Shown: in pieces, positions 27,224 through 35,704 of the stretch
Position numbering within the stretch: the stretch's first letter is position 1
How the letters are laid out: each line of letters starts with the position of its first letter
Source: Pseudomonadota bacterium
GTDB taxonomy: Bacteria > Desulfobacterota > Syntrophia > Syntrophales > UBA8958
Direction: 5' to 3'
DNA length: 64,000 nt
Assembly (NCBI GenBank): GCA_030057915.1
Contig: JASGUC010000003.1
Span: 38,086-102,085, forward strand
Made by a program: the position numbers and the translations under genes
Notes under the pieces: model-generated
Told to the model about the DNA's origin: nothing
Database searches by the model: none
The model's input: the letters and a program-made list of their open reading frames with translations, nothing else

Positions 27224-28237
27224 TCAACTGTTGGACATCTCGATCAGACCCTGGAGTTTCCGCCAGGCGTCGCCCGCGTCGATGCATGCCTCCGCCACCG
27301 CAACGCCCTCCCGGAGATTCCCCGCCCGCCCGCCGGCGACGATGGCCAGGGCGGCATTCAGGACGACGATCTGGCGGCGGGCGCCCCTGTCCATTCCCGT
27401 CAAGATGTCGGTGGTGATCCGGGCGTTGCCGGCGGCGTCGCCGCCCCGGAGATCGGCGTCCGGGACGACCTCCCCGAACAGGTCCGTGGGATCCAGATTG
27501 TAGGAGGAGATCTCCCCGTCCCGGAGTTCCGCCACCCGGGTCTCTCCCGTGATCGTCGCCTCGTCGAGACCGTCGGCCCCGTGGACGATGAAGGCCCGCC
27601 GGGTTCCCAGATTCTTCAGGACGGCGGCGAACATCTCCGTAAGCCTTGCGTCATAGACGCCGATGAGTTGGCAGGTGGCCCCGGCGGGATTGGTCAGGGG
27701 GCCCAGCATGTTGAAAATGGTCCGAATGCCGATCTCCCGACGGGGGCCGATGGCATACTTCATGGCGCCGTGGAGCTTCGGGGCGAAGAGAAACCCGATG
27801 CCCAACTGTTGGACGCACTCCTCCACGATCTCCGGCGGGGCGTCGATATTCACGCCCAGGGCCTCCAGGACATCGGCGCTGCCGCAGCCGCTGGATACGG
27901 CCCGGTTGCCGTGCTTGGCCACGGTGAGCCCCGCCGCCGCCGTCACGAAAGCGGCGGTGGTGGAGATATTGAAGGTGTGGCGGCCGTCTCCGCCGGTGCC
28001 GCAGGTATCGACGACGGTGGAGGACCGGGCGTCGATGCGGGCGGCCTTCCGCCGCATCACCCGGGCGGCGCCGGCGACCTCCTCGCCGGTTTCCCCCTTC
28101 AGGCGCAGGGCCGTCACGAAGGCGCCGATCTGGGCCGGCGTGGCCCGGCCTTCCATGACCTCCGTCATTGCCGCCATCATCTCCCCTTCCCGCAGGTCGG
28201 CCCCCCCGACTACCTTGGCTATCGCTTCCTTGATCAT
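27224..28237 (-). CDS. trpD: anthranilate phosphoribosyltransferase
   Basis: 337 aa from MIKEAIAKV with GGAGGAAG SD. ..DTCGTGGDG..FNIST.. Confidence 0.95.
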   Translation of the reverse strand: MIKEAIAKVVGGADLREGEMMAAMTEVMEGRATPAQIGAFVTALRLKGETGEEVAGAARVMRRKAARIDARSSTVVDTCGTGGDGRHTFNISTTAAFVTAAAGLTVAKHGNRAVSSGCGSADVLEALGVNIDAPPEIVEECVQQLGIGFLFAPKLHGAMKYAIGPRREIGIRTIFNMLGPLTNPAGATCQLIGVYDARLTEMFAAVLKNLGTRRAFIVHGADGLDEATITGETRVAELRDGEISSYNLDPTDLFGEVVPDADLRGGDAAGNARITTDILTGMDRGARRQIVVLNAALAIVAGGRAGNLREGVAVAEACIDAGDAWRKLQGLIEMSNS

Positions 28238-28530
28238 TTGGCTTCCTCCTTCGAAACCGCGTTGGCTTCGCGCAATATTTATCCCATAAATCCCGGGGCG
28301 CCCGTTTTCGCGTCCCTCGTCCGGTCCTCCGCTGAATAACAAAGAGGGCGGCGCACCCTCTCGGCACCGGCGCGCCGGCGCCTTTTCCTCTTCCTCCGGG
28401 CGACCCTCTCTCCCCGGGCGTCGCGCCGCCGGGCAAGGCGTCCTCGGGCGCCCTTGCCATCCCGGCCCACCCTCGCGACGTTCCCGCGCCCAGGACGACG
28501 AAGGCAAGGACCGGGCGTCGCAACGGCCCC

Positions 28531-29127
28531 TCAGGCCGCCTGGGCGCGGTTCTTGACGCCCTCCGCCAGATTCAGGAAATTCCTGAGGATCCGCTTGCCC
28601 TGGGGGGTGAGGATCGATTCCGGATGGAACTGGATCCCCTCCACGGGGTACTCCCGGTGGCGGAGCCCCATGATCTCCCCCTCCTCCGTCTCCGCGCTGA
28701 CCTCCAGACAGGACGGCAGGTTGTCCCGGCGGACGATGAGGGAATGGTAGCGGCCGGCGGTGAAGGGATTGGGCAGTCCCCGGAAGATCGTCCGTCCGTC
28801 GCTGTGGATGGAAGAGGTCTTGCCGTGCATGACCTTTTGCGCCCGCGTCACCTCACCGCCGAAGGCATAGCCGATGGCCTGGTGTCCCAGGCAGACGCCC
28901 ATGAGAGGGATGTCCCGATAAAACCGGCGGATGACCTCCACGGTGACGCCGGCCTCCCGGGGGCCGCCGGGACCAGGAGACAGAAAGATGGCCTCGATGT
29001 CCCCACCGGTCATGTCCGTCGCCGGGAATTCGTCGTTGCGGTACACGACGACCTCCCGTCCCATCTGTCTGAGGTATTGCACGAGGTTGTAGGTAAAGGA
29101 ATCGTAGTTGTCGATCATGATGATCAT
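28531..29127 (-). CDS. trpG: anthranilate synthase component II (glutamine amidotransferase)
   Basis: 198 aa with IDNYDSFTYNL, GVCLGHQ and a late HPES triad. Confidence 0.95.
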   Translation of the reverse strand: MIIMIDNYDSFTYNLVQYLRQMGREVVVYRNDEFPATDMTGGDIEAIFLSPGPGGPREAGVTVEVIRRFYRDIPLMGVCLGHQAIGYAFGGEVTRAQKVMHGKTSSIHSDGRTIFRGLPNPFTAGRYHSLIVRRDNLPSCLEVSAETEEGEIMGLRHREYPVEGIQFHPESILTPQGKRILRNFLNLAEGVKNRAQAA

Positions 29128-29138
29128 GGCTGTTCTCC

Positions 29139-30641
29139 TTATAAGTCCATAAGTTCGAAATTAGACGCCGCCAGGCGGATCGCCTGGAGCATCCCGGCCG
29201 CCTTGCTTAGCGTCTCCCGGTATTCCGTCTCCGGGTCGGAGTCGGCGACGATGCCCGCCCCGGCCTGGATGTAGATCCGATCGTTTTTCAACAGCATGGT
29301 CCGGATGGTGATCCCGAAATCCATGTTGCCCGTATAACTGAAATACCCCACGGCGCCGCCGTAGGGGCCGCGCTGACAGGGCTCGATCTCCGCGATGATC
29401 TCCATGGCCCGGACCTTGGGGGCCCCGCTGAGGGTCCCGGCGGGGAAAACGGCCCGGATCACGTCGAAGGCGTCCTTATCCGTCTCCAGAAGGGCCTGGA
29501 TATGGGAGACCAGATGCATGACATGGGAGTAGCGCTCCACCGCCATGAGCTGGTTCACCTGGACGCTGCCCGTCCGGGCGATGCGTCCCAGATCGTTGCG
29601 TCCCAGATCGACGAGCATGACGTGTTCCGCCTTTTCCTTGGGGTCCTGGAGGAGTTCGTCGGCCATTTTCCGGTCTTCCTGCTCCGTCCTGCCCCGACGG
29701 CGGGTGCCGGCGATGGGGCGCAACTCCACGACCTCGTCCTCCAGGCGGACCAGCGCTTCCGGCGAAGAGCCGATGAGGATCGTCTCCCCGGTCTTGAGAA
29801 AAAAGAGATAGGGAGAGGGGTTGACGAAACGGAGCGCCCGGTAGAGGTGGAGAGGGTCGAACCGGTTTTCCGTCTCGAAACGCTGGGACAGGACCACCTG
29901 GATGATATCCCCGTTTAGGATATGCTCCTGGGCCCTGCGGACCATCTCCCGAAAGTCCTCCGCCTCCATGTTGGCGGTCACGGCGATTTCGTCCGACGCC
30001 GGTCCGACGGGAGGCGGGGCGGCGGTCTTTCCCTGGAGTTCTCGAAGCATCCCGTCGATCTTGTCCGTGGCCTCCCGGTAGCTCTCCGCCGGGGAAGTGC
30101 CGCCCTCCCCGTCCGTGAAGGCGCAGGCGACGATCTTGATGGTGTGACGGACGTTGTCGAAGACGAGGACGACGTCGGTGAGGAGGAAAACGGCGTCCGG
30201 GACGCCGAGATCGTCCGGGGCCTGGAGGGGCGCCTTCTCGAAGCAGCGGGCCATCCCGTAGCCCAGATAGCCGACGGCGCCGCCGTAGAAGCGCGGCAGT
30301 CCCGGCGTCGGGACAGGACGGCGCTTCCGCAACAAGGACCGCAAGCGCCCCAAGGGGTCCCCGCCATGGGGAAAGCGCCGGACCGCGCCGTCGTGGTCGC
30401 CGATTTCCACCTCGTTTCCACGGACGCGGAAAACAAGCCGGCAATCGGCGCCTAAAAAGGAGAACCGCCCCCATTTTTCATTGCCTTCCACGCTCTCCAA
30501 AAGAAAGACGTGGGACTTGGCGGCCAGCTTGCTCAGGGCGGTAACCGGCGTCTCCGTGTCGGCGAGGATTTCCCGGTAAACGGGGATCATGTTTCCCTCC
30601 CGGGCCAGTCTTTGGAATGTCTCAAAATCCGGATAGTACAT
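29139..30641 (-). CDS. trpE: anthranilate synthase component I
   Basis: 500 aa from MYYPDF with AGGAGG SD. ..LLES.., ..GAVGY.., ..GAGIVADS.. Confidence 0.95.
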   Translation of the reverse strand: MYYPDFETFQRLAREGNMIPVYREILADTETPVTALSKLAAKSHVFLLESVEGNEKWGRFSFLGADCRLVFRVRGNEVEIGDHDGAVRRFPHGGDPLGRLRSLLRKRRPVPTPGLPRFYGGAVGYLGYGMARCFEKAPLQAPDDLGVPDAVFLLTDVVLVFDNVRHTIKIVACAFTDGEGGTSPAESYREATDKIDGMLRELQGKTAAPPPVGPASDEIAVTANMEAEDFREMVRRAQEHILNGDIIQVVLSQRFETENRFDPLHLYRALRFVNPSPYLFFLKTGETILIGSSPEALVRLEDEVVELRPIAGTRRRGRTEQEDRKMADELLQDPKEKAEHVMLVDLGRNDLGRIARTGSVQVNQLMAVERYSHVMHLVSHIQALLETDKDAFDVIRAVFPAGTLSGAPKVRAMEIIAEIEPCQRGPYGGAVGYFSYTGNMDFGITIRTMLLKNDRIYIQAGAGIVADSDPETEYRETLSKAAGMLQAIRLAASNFELMDL

Positions 30642-30654
30642 AGGCCTCCTGACG

Positions 30655-30684
30655 AAAAAAGGCCGCGATCGCTCACGGCCTTTT
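30655..30684 (-). terminator. intrinsic terminator T2 of the trp leader
   Basis: Minus-strand RNA AAAAGGCCGUGA-GCGA-UCGCGGCCUUUUUU: 8-bp stem (one G.U), GNRA tetraloop, U6. It ends 4 nt before the trpE SD. Confidence 0.7.
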
Positions 30685-30692
30685 CTACGGAT

Positions 30693-30731
30693 AAAAAAAG
30701 GCCGTGGAGTCCCGAGAGGATCTCCACGGCC
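30693..30731 (-). terminator. intrinsic terminator T1 of the trp leader
   Basis: GGCCGUGGAG..CUCCACGGCC is a perfect 10-bp stem (extendable by 3 bp in the loop), followed by U7. Confidence 0.7.
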
Positions 30732-30753
30732 CCATTGGTTTATGTCAAGCGTC

Positions 30754-30834
30754 TCAACCAGCGGCGCGCGGACCCCTCCCCGTGCCCTGCCACCACCAGC
30801 CGCCGTTGTTCATGAAAGATAAACCGCTCTTCAT
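30754..30834 (-). CDS. trpL: trp operon leader peptide, MKSGLSFMNNGGWWWQGTGRGPRAAG
   Basis: 26-codon ORF with three consecutive TGG codons (30790-30798). AAGAGG SD about 10 nt upstream. Lies between a consensus-like promoter and two terminators directly upstream of trpE. Confidence 0.7.
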   Translation of the reverse strand: MKSGLSFMNNGGWWWQGTGRGPRAAG

Positions 30835-30864
30835 TTCAAATACACCTCTTCGCATTGGAGGAGG

Positions 30865-30893
30865 ACTCTATCAGCTTTTTTTCTCCTTGTCAA
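30865..30893 (-). promoter_or_regulatory. sigma70-type promoter of the trp leader (TTGACA-N17-TAGAGT)
   Basis: Minus strand reads AATTTTTTTGACA-AGGAGAAAAAAAGCTGA-TAGAGT. An A/T tract lies upstream of the -35. Confidence 0.6.
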
Positions 30894-31040
30894 AAAAATT
30901 TTTTGTCCGCCGCCTTCAGGCGATCAGGCGCAAAAGGGCGGCGACGACGCGGGAGGCCTCCCCGCCGCGGGCGGCGGCCGTCGCTGACGAAACGGATGCC
31001 CGCCGCGGCCCTTCGCCGGATGGAATCGGCCGCGGTCGCA

Positions 31041-31069
31041 TTGACAGCGCTGCCGTTTCTGAATATAAT
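31041..31069 (+). promoter_or_regulatory. perfect consensus sigma70 promoter (TTGACA-N17-TATAAT)
   Basis: TTGACA at 31041-31046 and TATAAT at 31064-31069. The nearest downstream + strand gene starts 445 nt away (31515). Confidence 0.55.
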
Positions 31070-31120
31070 GCACCCTCTCCTGGACAGGCAAACGAATCCC
31101 GGCGTTCGTCGCTGTCGCGA

Positions 31121-31248
31121 GAGCTTCGAAAATCCACGCCTTTTCGTGGCCCCGACCAAAACCGGCTTCCAACTCATCTTGGAAACACGGCATTGGTCTT
31201 ACGCCGAAATGACGGCGGGGGTCGGCGACGACGTTTTTCAAAGGCTTT
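31121..31248 (+). repeat. TIR-bounded ~130-bp element
   Basis: GAGCTTCGAAAA at the left end and TTTTTCAAAGGCTT at the right end. The core is the reverse complement of the core at 43801-43930. Confidence 0.75.
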
Positions 31249-31514
31249 GTCCTTGCCGGGCCGGAAAGGGGAGGATGTTGCCCCGGAAGAGCCGCCGTCC
31301 GGCCCTGGAGGATTTTCCGGGTCGGGACGGGGGAGCGAAGGCGACGCCCGGCCACCGCCGGAGGAGGCGCCCTGGCCGCGGCCAGGAGGCATTTTACCGG
31401 CCTTGGCCGGTTGGCCCTTGAAGAGGACGGCGTGGATTGTTTGTTTTTTCGCCAGCGGCTGGCTAGTAAGTCGCTGAACTCTCAATATTTCCCTAAGGAG
31501 GACGGACGAAACCA

Positions 31515-32030
31515 ATGGAAGAGCGGAAGACTTTGGCCAAAGACGTGGCCGCGGCGGATTACAACGCCTCGGACATGCCCTTCGACTTCGTCGAGGAGGG
31601 GGCGCAAACCGCCCTGATCTGTGAAGCGGACGAGTCGGTGCGGGAAAAGATCGTCGCCGCCATGACGGCGGCGGGGTATCGGATCAGCGAGGCGGCAAAC
31701 GCCCGGGACGCCTTGAAGAAGACCCGGTTCCACGTCTATGACGTCGTGATCGTCAACGAACGCTTCGACACGGACAATCCCGACGGCAACGACATTCTCG
31801 CGTATTACGAGGCCCTGCCCATGACCACGAGGCGCCGCTCCTTCGTGATCCTGCTTACGGACAGGCGTCGCTCCTCGGACAACATGGCGGCCTTCAATAA
31901 AAGCGTCAATCTCGTCGTCAATTTAAAGAACATCGACGATTTCCCGGCGATTTTCAAACGGGCCTTCGCCGACAACGCCGCCTTTTACCATGTCTTTAGG
32001 GAAACCTTGAAAAAGATGGGAAAGGCTTGA
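31515..32030 (+). CDS. stand-alone receiver-like (pseudo-receiver) domain protein
   Basis: 171 aa with TAAGGAGGA SD. CheY-like pattern (..ALICEADES.., ..FVILLTD.., ..VNLK..), but the phospho-acceptor position reads VVIVNERF (Asn, not Asp). Confidence 0.5.
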   Translation: MEERKTLAKDVAAADYNASDMPFDFVEEGAQTALICEADESVREKIVAAMTAAGYRISEAANARDALKKTRFHVYDVVIVNERFDTDNPDGNDILAYYEALPMTTRRRSFVILLTDRRRSSDNMAAFNKSVNLVVNLKNIDDFPAIFKRAFADNAAFYHVFRETLKKMGKA

Positions 32031-32042
32031 GGGCTCCTTCGC

Positions 32043-33005
32043 TCAGGAGCGGGAATCCTCCCGGGCGTCTGCCTCGCCCGCCAGGGCCCGTCGGGCGTTG
32101 GCAAGGTAGAGGAGATAAAAGGGATTCCGCGGCTCCGCCGCGACAGCCTTCTGAAAGGCCGCCACGGCCTTTTCATGGTAGCCGGCCCTGGCCAGGGCAT
32201 TGCCGAGACGGTTCCAGTAAGCGGCGGTGAATTCCGGCCGGAGCGCCATGGCCGTTTCGAAGGCCGCCACGGCCGCTTCGAGGTCGCCCCGGGCGAGGGA
32301 CAGCTCGCCCGCAAGGAGGTGGTGGGCCGGTTCGGCGGCGTCTTCCCGGATGCACAGCGCGGCCATGCGGGCCGCCGCCTCGAGATGGCCCGCATCGCGG
32401 CAGGCCGCCGCCAAGCGTCCATAATAGGCTGCCGCCGAAGACGGTTCGATCTCTCCAGCCCGCCGGCAGGCCGCCGCCGCGGCGTCGAAGTCCTCCCCCG
32501 CCGCCAGGGCGTAACCCAGACGACACCAGGCCATGGCATCGTCGGGCGCCAACTCCGTCATTCGGCGGAAGACCGCCGCGGCCCTGGCCGCGTCCCCGGC
32601 CTTCAGATAGGCCTCTCCCAAGTCTCCCATCAGGGCGTAATCCTCCGGCTGGGCGGCCACGGCCCGCTCGCAGATCGACACGAGCCGGTCATGGCGTCCT
32701 TCCCGTTTGTAGATCCGCGCCAGTTCGTCAAAGGCAAACCCGGTAAAGACCCGCCGTCCCAGCTCCTTTTCCAGAAGGGCCTCGAAGCAGTCCACCGCCG
32801 CCTCGAGAAAACCGCCGTCGTGATAGGCCCAGGCCAGCTTCAGGACGAAGGAATCCTCGCCGGGATGGAGGGCCGCCAGTCTTCGCAGGATTTCTATCGC
32901 CTCGCCGTGGCGCCCGCTCTCCAGGCAATATTCGGCATGTTGTAGCAGTTCTTCGGCATTCATGGATTCCTGCGGGGAATCGCCGGGGGTGTCTTCTTCC
33001 TTCAT
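32043..33005 (-). CDS. tetratricopeptide-repeat protein
   Basis: 320 aa with about 8 consecutive 34-aa TPR-like units (..A...Y..AL...P....A...LG.AY...G....A...). Confidence 0.85.
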   Translation of the reverse strand: MKEEDTPGDSPQESMNAEELLQHAEYCLESGRHGEAIEILRRLAALHPGEDSFVLKLAWAYHDGGFLEAAVDCFEALLEKELGRRVFTGFAFDELARIYKREGRHDRLVSICERAVAAQPEDYALMGDLGEAYLKAGDAARAAAVFRRMTELAPDDAMAWCRLGYALAAGEDFDAAAAACRRAGEIEPSSAAAYYGRLAAACRDAGHLEAAARMAALCIREDAAEPAHHLLAGELSLARGDLEAAVAAFETAMALRPEFTAAYWNRLGNALARAGYHEKAVAAFQKAVAAEPRNPFYLLYLANARRALAGEADAREDSRS

Positions 33006-33170
33006 GGGTTCGCGATCTCCGAAGATGAGGATTCCGGGACGGGGATTATCGTTTGTCGCCTCGTCGCGCCGGGGGCGACGGCATAAGTGAAGCCGCCGTT
33101 CTTTTACGAAACAGGCCCCGCCTTGTGGGCGGGGCCTGTTTTTCCTTCATCGTTTCACGCCCGTCCGGCC

Positions 33171-33482
33171 TCAGCAGGCGGTGCAGGACCCGCAGCCGCC
33201 GCCGGCGGCGACGAGGCTGGAGGTCAGCTTGAAGCCCGATCCCATGGCGCCGGTAATGAAATCCACGGTGATCGGCCGGACCTCTTCGTAAAGGGACTTG
33301 TCGATCAGGAAGGTCAGACCGTTATCCTGGATCACTTCGTCGGTGTCTTTTGGCTCGTCCAGAGCCATCCCCAGATTGGGGCCGCCTCAACCGGCTGTCA
33401 TCATGATCCGGATGGTCTGGACGGCCTTGTTCCGCAGGAATTCCCTGATGACTTCCGTCGCTTTTTCAGTTACTTGAAACAT
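33171..33482 (-). CDS. HesB/IscA-like protein with in-frame TGA (candidate selenocysteine) at 33387-33389
   Basis: AAGGAGGATAAAATG start at 33482. MFQVTEKATEVIREFL..IRIMMTAG-TGA-GGPNLGMALDEP..FLIDK..GFKL..GGGCGSCTAC. The two ORF-track pieces (33387-33647 and 33171-33368) are in the same frame. The TGA aligns with the first conserved Cys of IscA (..SGCSG..). Confidence 0.7.
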
Positions 33483-33516
33483 TTTATCCTCCTTGTCGAA
33501 TCTTCTTGGGAGCGCT

Positions 33517-33545
33517 AACCTATATACGGGGCCGGCGTTTGTCAA
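33517..33545 (-). promoter_or_regulatory. promoter candidate for the HesB-like gene (TTGACA-N17-TAGGTT)
   Basis: Perfect -35 and a weak -10 that keeps T1, A2 and T6. About 35 nt upstream of the start codon. Confidence 0.35.
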
Positions 33546-33600
33546 TCCTAAACTCCGCAACCTGTTGCAAAACATCCTTACATAGGATAAATTGCCCGTA

Positions 33601-33732
33601 AAAAGCGCCCCCGCCCGCCAACTGGCGGGCCTGTATAAAAGAAGCAAGTCGAGTCCGCGCCATGAAACCGGCCCGAAACTGACAAAAACGTGTCTAAAGA
33701 ATCCAATTAGTTACGTGCGACTTACTTAGAAG
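33601..33732 (-). repeat. repeat family R1, copy 3 (inverted)
   Basis: Reverse complement is near-identical to 4376-4505. It ends 2 nt before the mnmG SD. Confidence 0.85.
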
Positions 33733-33745
33733 GAGTATATGGAAG

Positions 33746-35698
33746 TTGTCCAATCGCTACGATGTCATCGTCGTCGGCGGCGGCCACGCGGGATGCGAGG
33801 CGGCCCTGGCGGCGGCCCGGATGGGCTGCGAGACCCTGCTTTTCAACATCAATCTCGATTCCATCGCCCTGATGTCCTGCAATCCCGCCATCGGGGGTCT
33901 GGCCAAGGGGCAGTTGGTCAAGGAGGTGGATGCCCTGGGGGGGGAGATGGGGAGGCTTGCCGACAAGACCGCCGTCCACTTCCGCCTGCTGAACGCCTCC
34001 AAGGGCCCGGCGGTGCAATCCACCCGGGTCCAGTGCGACAAGCAGCTCTATCGTCTGGCCATGAAGACCGTGGTGGAGCGACAGCCGCGCCTCCATCTCC
34101 GCCAGGGGCTCGTGGATGAGTTGGTCGTGGCCGACGGCCGGGTCCTGGGGGTCATCGACGAGACGGGGGCACCGTATGAGGCCGGGGCGGTGGTCCTCAC
34201 CACGGGGACCTTCCTCAACGGTCTGATTCACATCGGCACGACCCGGATTCCCGCGGGACGGGCCGGGGAAATGGCCTCGCTGCGGCTGGCGGAGCATCTC
34301 CGGTCCCTGGGCTTCGAAATGGGGAGGATGAAAACGGGGACGCCGCCGCGCCTCAAGGCCGCCACCATCGACTTCTCCCGCCTGACGCGCCAGGACAGCG
34401 ACCCCGACCCCCAGCCCTTCTCCTTTGTCACGACGACCCTGCGGACCGAGCGCCTGCCCTCCTTCTTCAGCCGCACCACGACGGCGACCCATGACTTTCT
34501 CCGGGAAAACATCCGGGAATCGGCCCTCTATTCCGGTCGGATCAAGGGGATCAGCGCCCGCTACTGCCCCTCCCTGGAGGACAAGGTGATGCGGTTCGCC
34601 GACAAGGATCGGCATCCCGTCGTTCTGGAATTCGAAGGCCTGGAAACGGAGGAGATCTATGCCAAGGGCCTGGGCAACAGCCTCCCCCCCGCCCTTCAGG
34701 AGCGCCTTGTCCACAGCATCCCCGGCCTGGAGGAGGCGGAGATCATGCGCTGGGCCTACGCCATCGAATACGATTTCGTCCAGCCCACCCAGCTCTGGCC
34801 CACCCTGGAGACGAAGCCCCTTAAGGGACTCTATCTGGCCGGGCAGATCAACGGTACCTCGGGGTACGAGGAGGCCGCCGCCCAGGGTCTCTGGGCGGGG
34901 ATCAACGCCGCCGCCGCCGTCCTGGGCCGCCCTCCGTTCCTCCTCGGTCGCGACGAGGCCTATATGGGCGTCATGATTGACGATCTCGTCACCAGGGGCG
35001 TCGATGAGCCCTACCGGATGTTCACCTCCCGGGCGGAGTTCCGCCTCCTCCTCCGGGAGGACAACGCGACCTTGCGCCTCATGGACCGGGGGCGGGAGCT
35101 GGGGCTCATCGACGCCGACGCCCACGCCCGGATGCGTCAGCGGCGGGAGGAGATCGCCCGGGAGATCGGCCGGCTCGGGGCGGCGAAGATCCATCCCGGG
35201 GCGGAGACGTCCAGGATCCTCGCGGAGATGGACGCCGCCCCCATCCGGAACGTCGTCTCGCTCTTCCAGCTCCTCAAGCGGGACGAGGTGGCCTTCGACG
35301 ACCTGGCCCCCTTCAGCGCCGCGGGTTGGCGCCCCATCGCCGACCCCTTCGTGAAGCGACAGGTGGAGATCGAGGCGAAATACGAGGGCTACATCAAGCG
35401 GCAGCGGGAGGCGGTGGCCAAGCTCAAGGCCCTGGAGGCCCGGCGGATCCCCGAGGATCTGGATTATGAGGCCATCTCCGGCCTCTCCAACGAGCTGCGG
35501 ACGAAGCTGATCCGCATCCGCCCGACGACGGTCGGTCAGGCCGACCGGATTCCCGGGATGACCCAGGCGGCGATCAGCGCCGTCCTCGTGGCCATAAAAA
35601 AGCGGGAAATGGAGAAGGCGGCGGCCGCCCGGTCCGGTTCGGTCCGAGGGAGCGGCCGGGAGGATGAACCGGCGGGGCGGCCGGCGGGACGGAGTTAA
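33746..35698 (+). CDS. mnmG: tRNA uridine 5-carboxymethylaminomethyl modification enzyme MnmG (GidA)
   Basis: 650 aa. TTG start with AAGGAG SD. FAD motif YDVIVVGGGHAGCEAA, ..NPAIGG.AKG.LV.E.DALGG.. Confidence 0.95.
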   Translation: MSNRYDVIVVGGGHAGCEAALAAARMGCETLLFNINLDSIALMSCNPAIGGLAKGQLVKEVDALGGEMGRLADKTAVHFRLLNASKGPAVQSTRVQCDKQLYRLAMKTVVERQPRLHLRQGLVDELVVADGRVLGVIDETGAPYEAGAVVLTTGTFLNGLIHIGTTRIPAGRAGEMASLRLAEHLRSLGFEMGRMKTGTPPRLKAATIDFSRLTRQDSDPDPQPFSFVTTTLRTERLPSFFSRTTTATHDFLRENIRESALYSGRIKGISARYCPSLEDKVMRFADKDRHPVVLEFEGLETEEIYAKGLGNSLPPALQERLVHSIPGLEEAEIMRWAYAIEYDFVQPTQLWPTLETKPLKGLYLAGQINGTSGYEEAAAQGLWAGINAAAAVLGRPPFLLGRDEAYMGVMIDDLVTRGVDEPYRMFTSRAEFRLLLREDNATLRLMDRGRELGLIDADAHARMRQRREEIAREIGRLGAAKIHPGAETSRILAEMDAAPIRNVVSLFQLLKRDEVAFDDLAPFSAAGWRPIADPFVKRQVEIEAKYEGYIKRQREAVAKLKALEARRIPEDLDYEAISGLSNELRTKLIRIRPTTVGQADRIPGMTQAAISAVLVAIKKREMEKAAAARSGSVRGSGREDEPAGRPAGRS

Positions 35699-35704
35699 AA
35701 AAAC

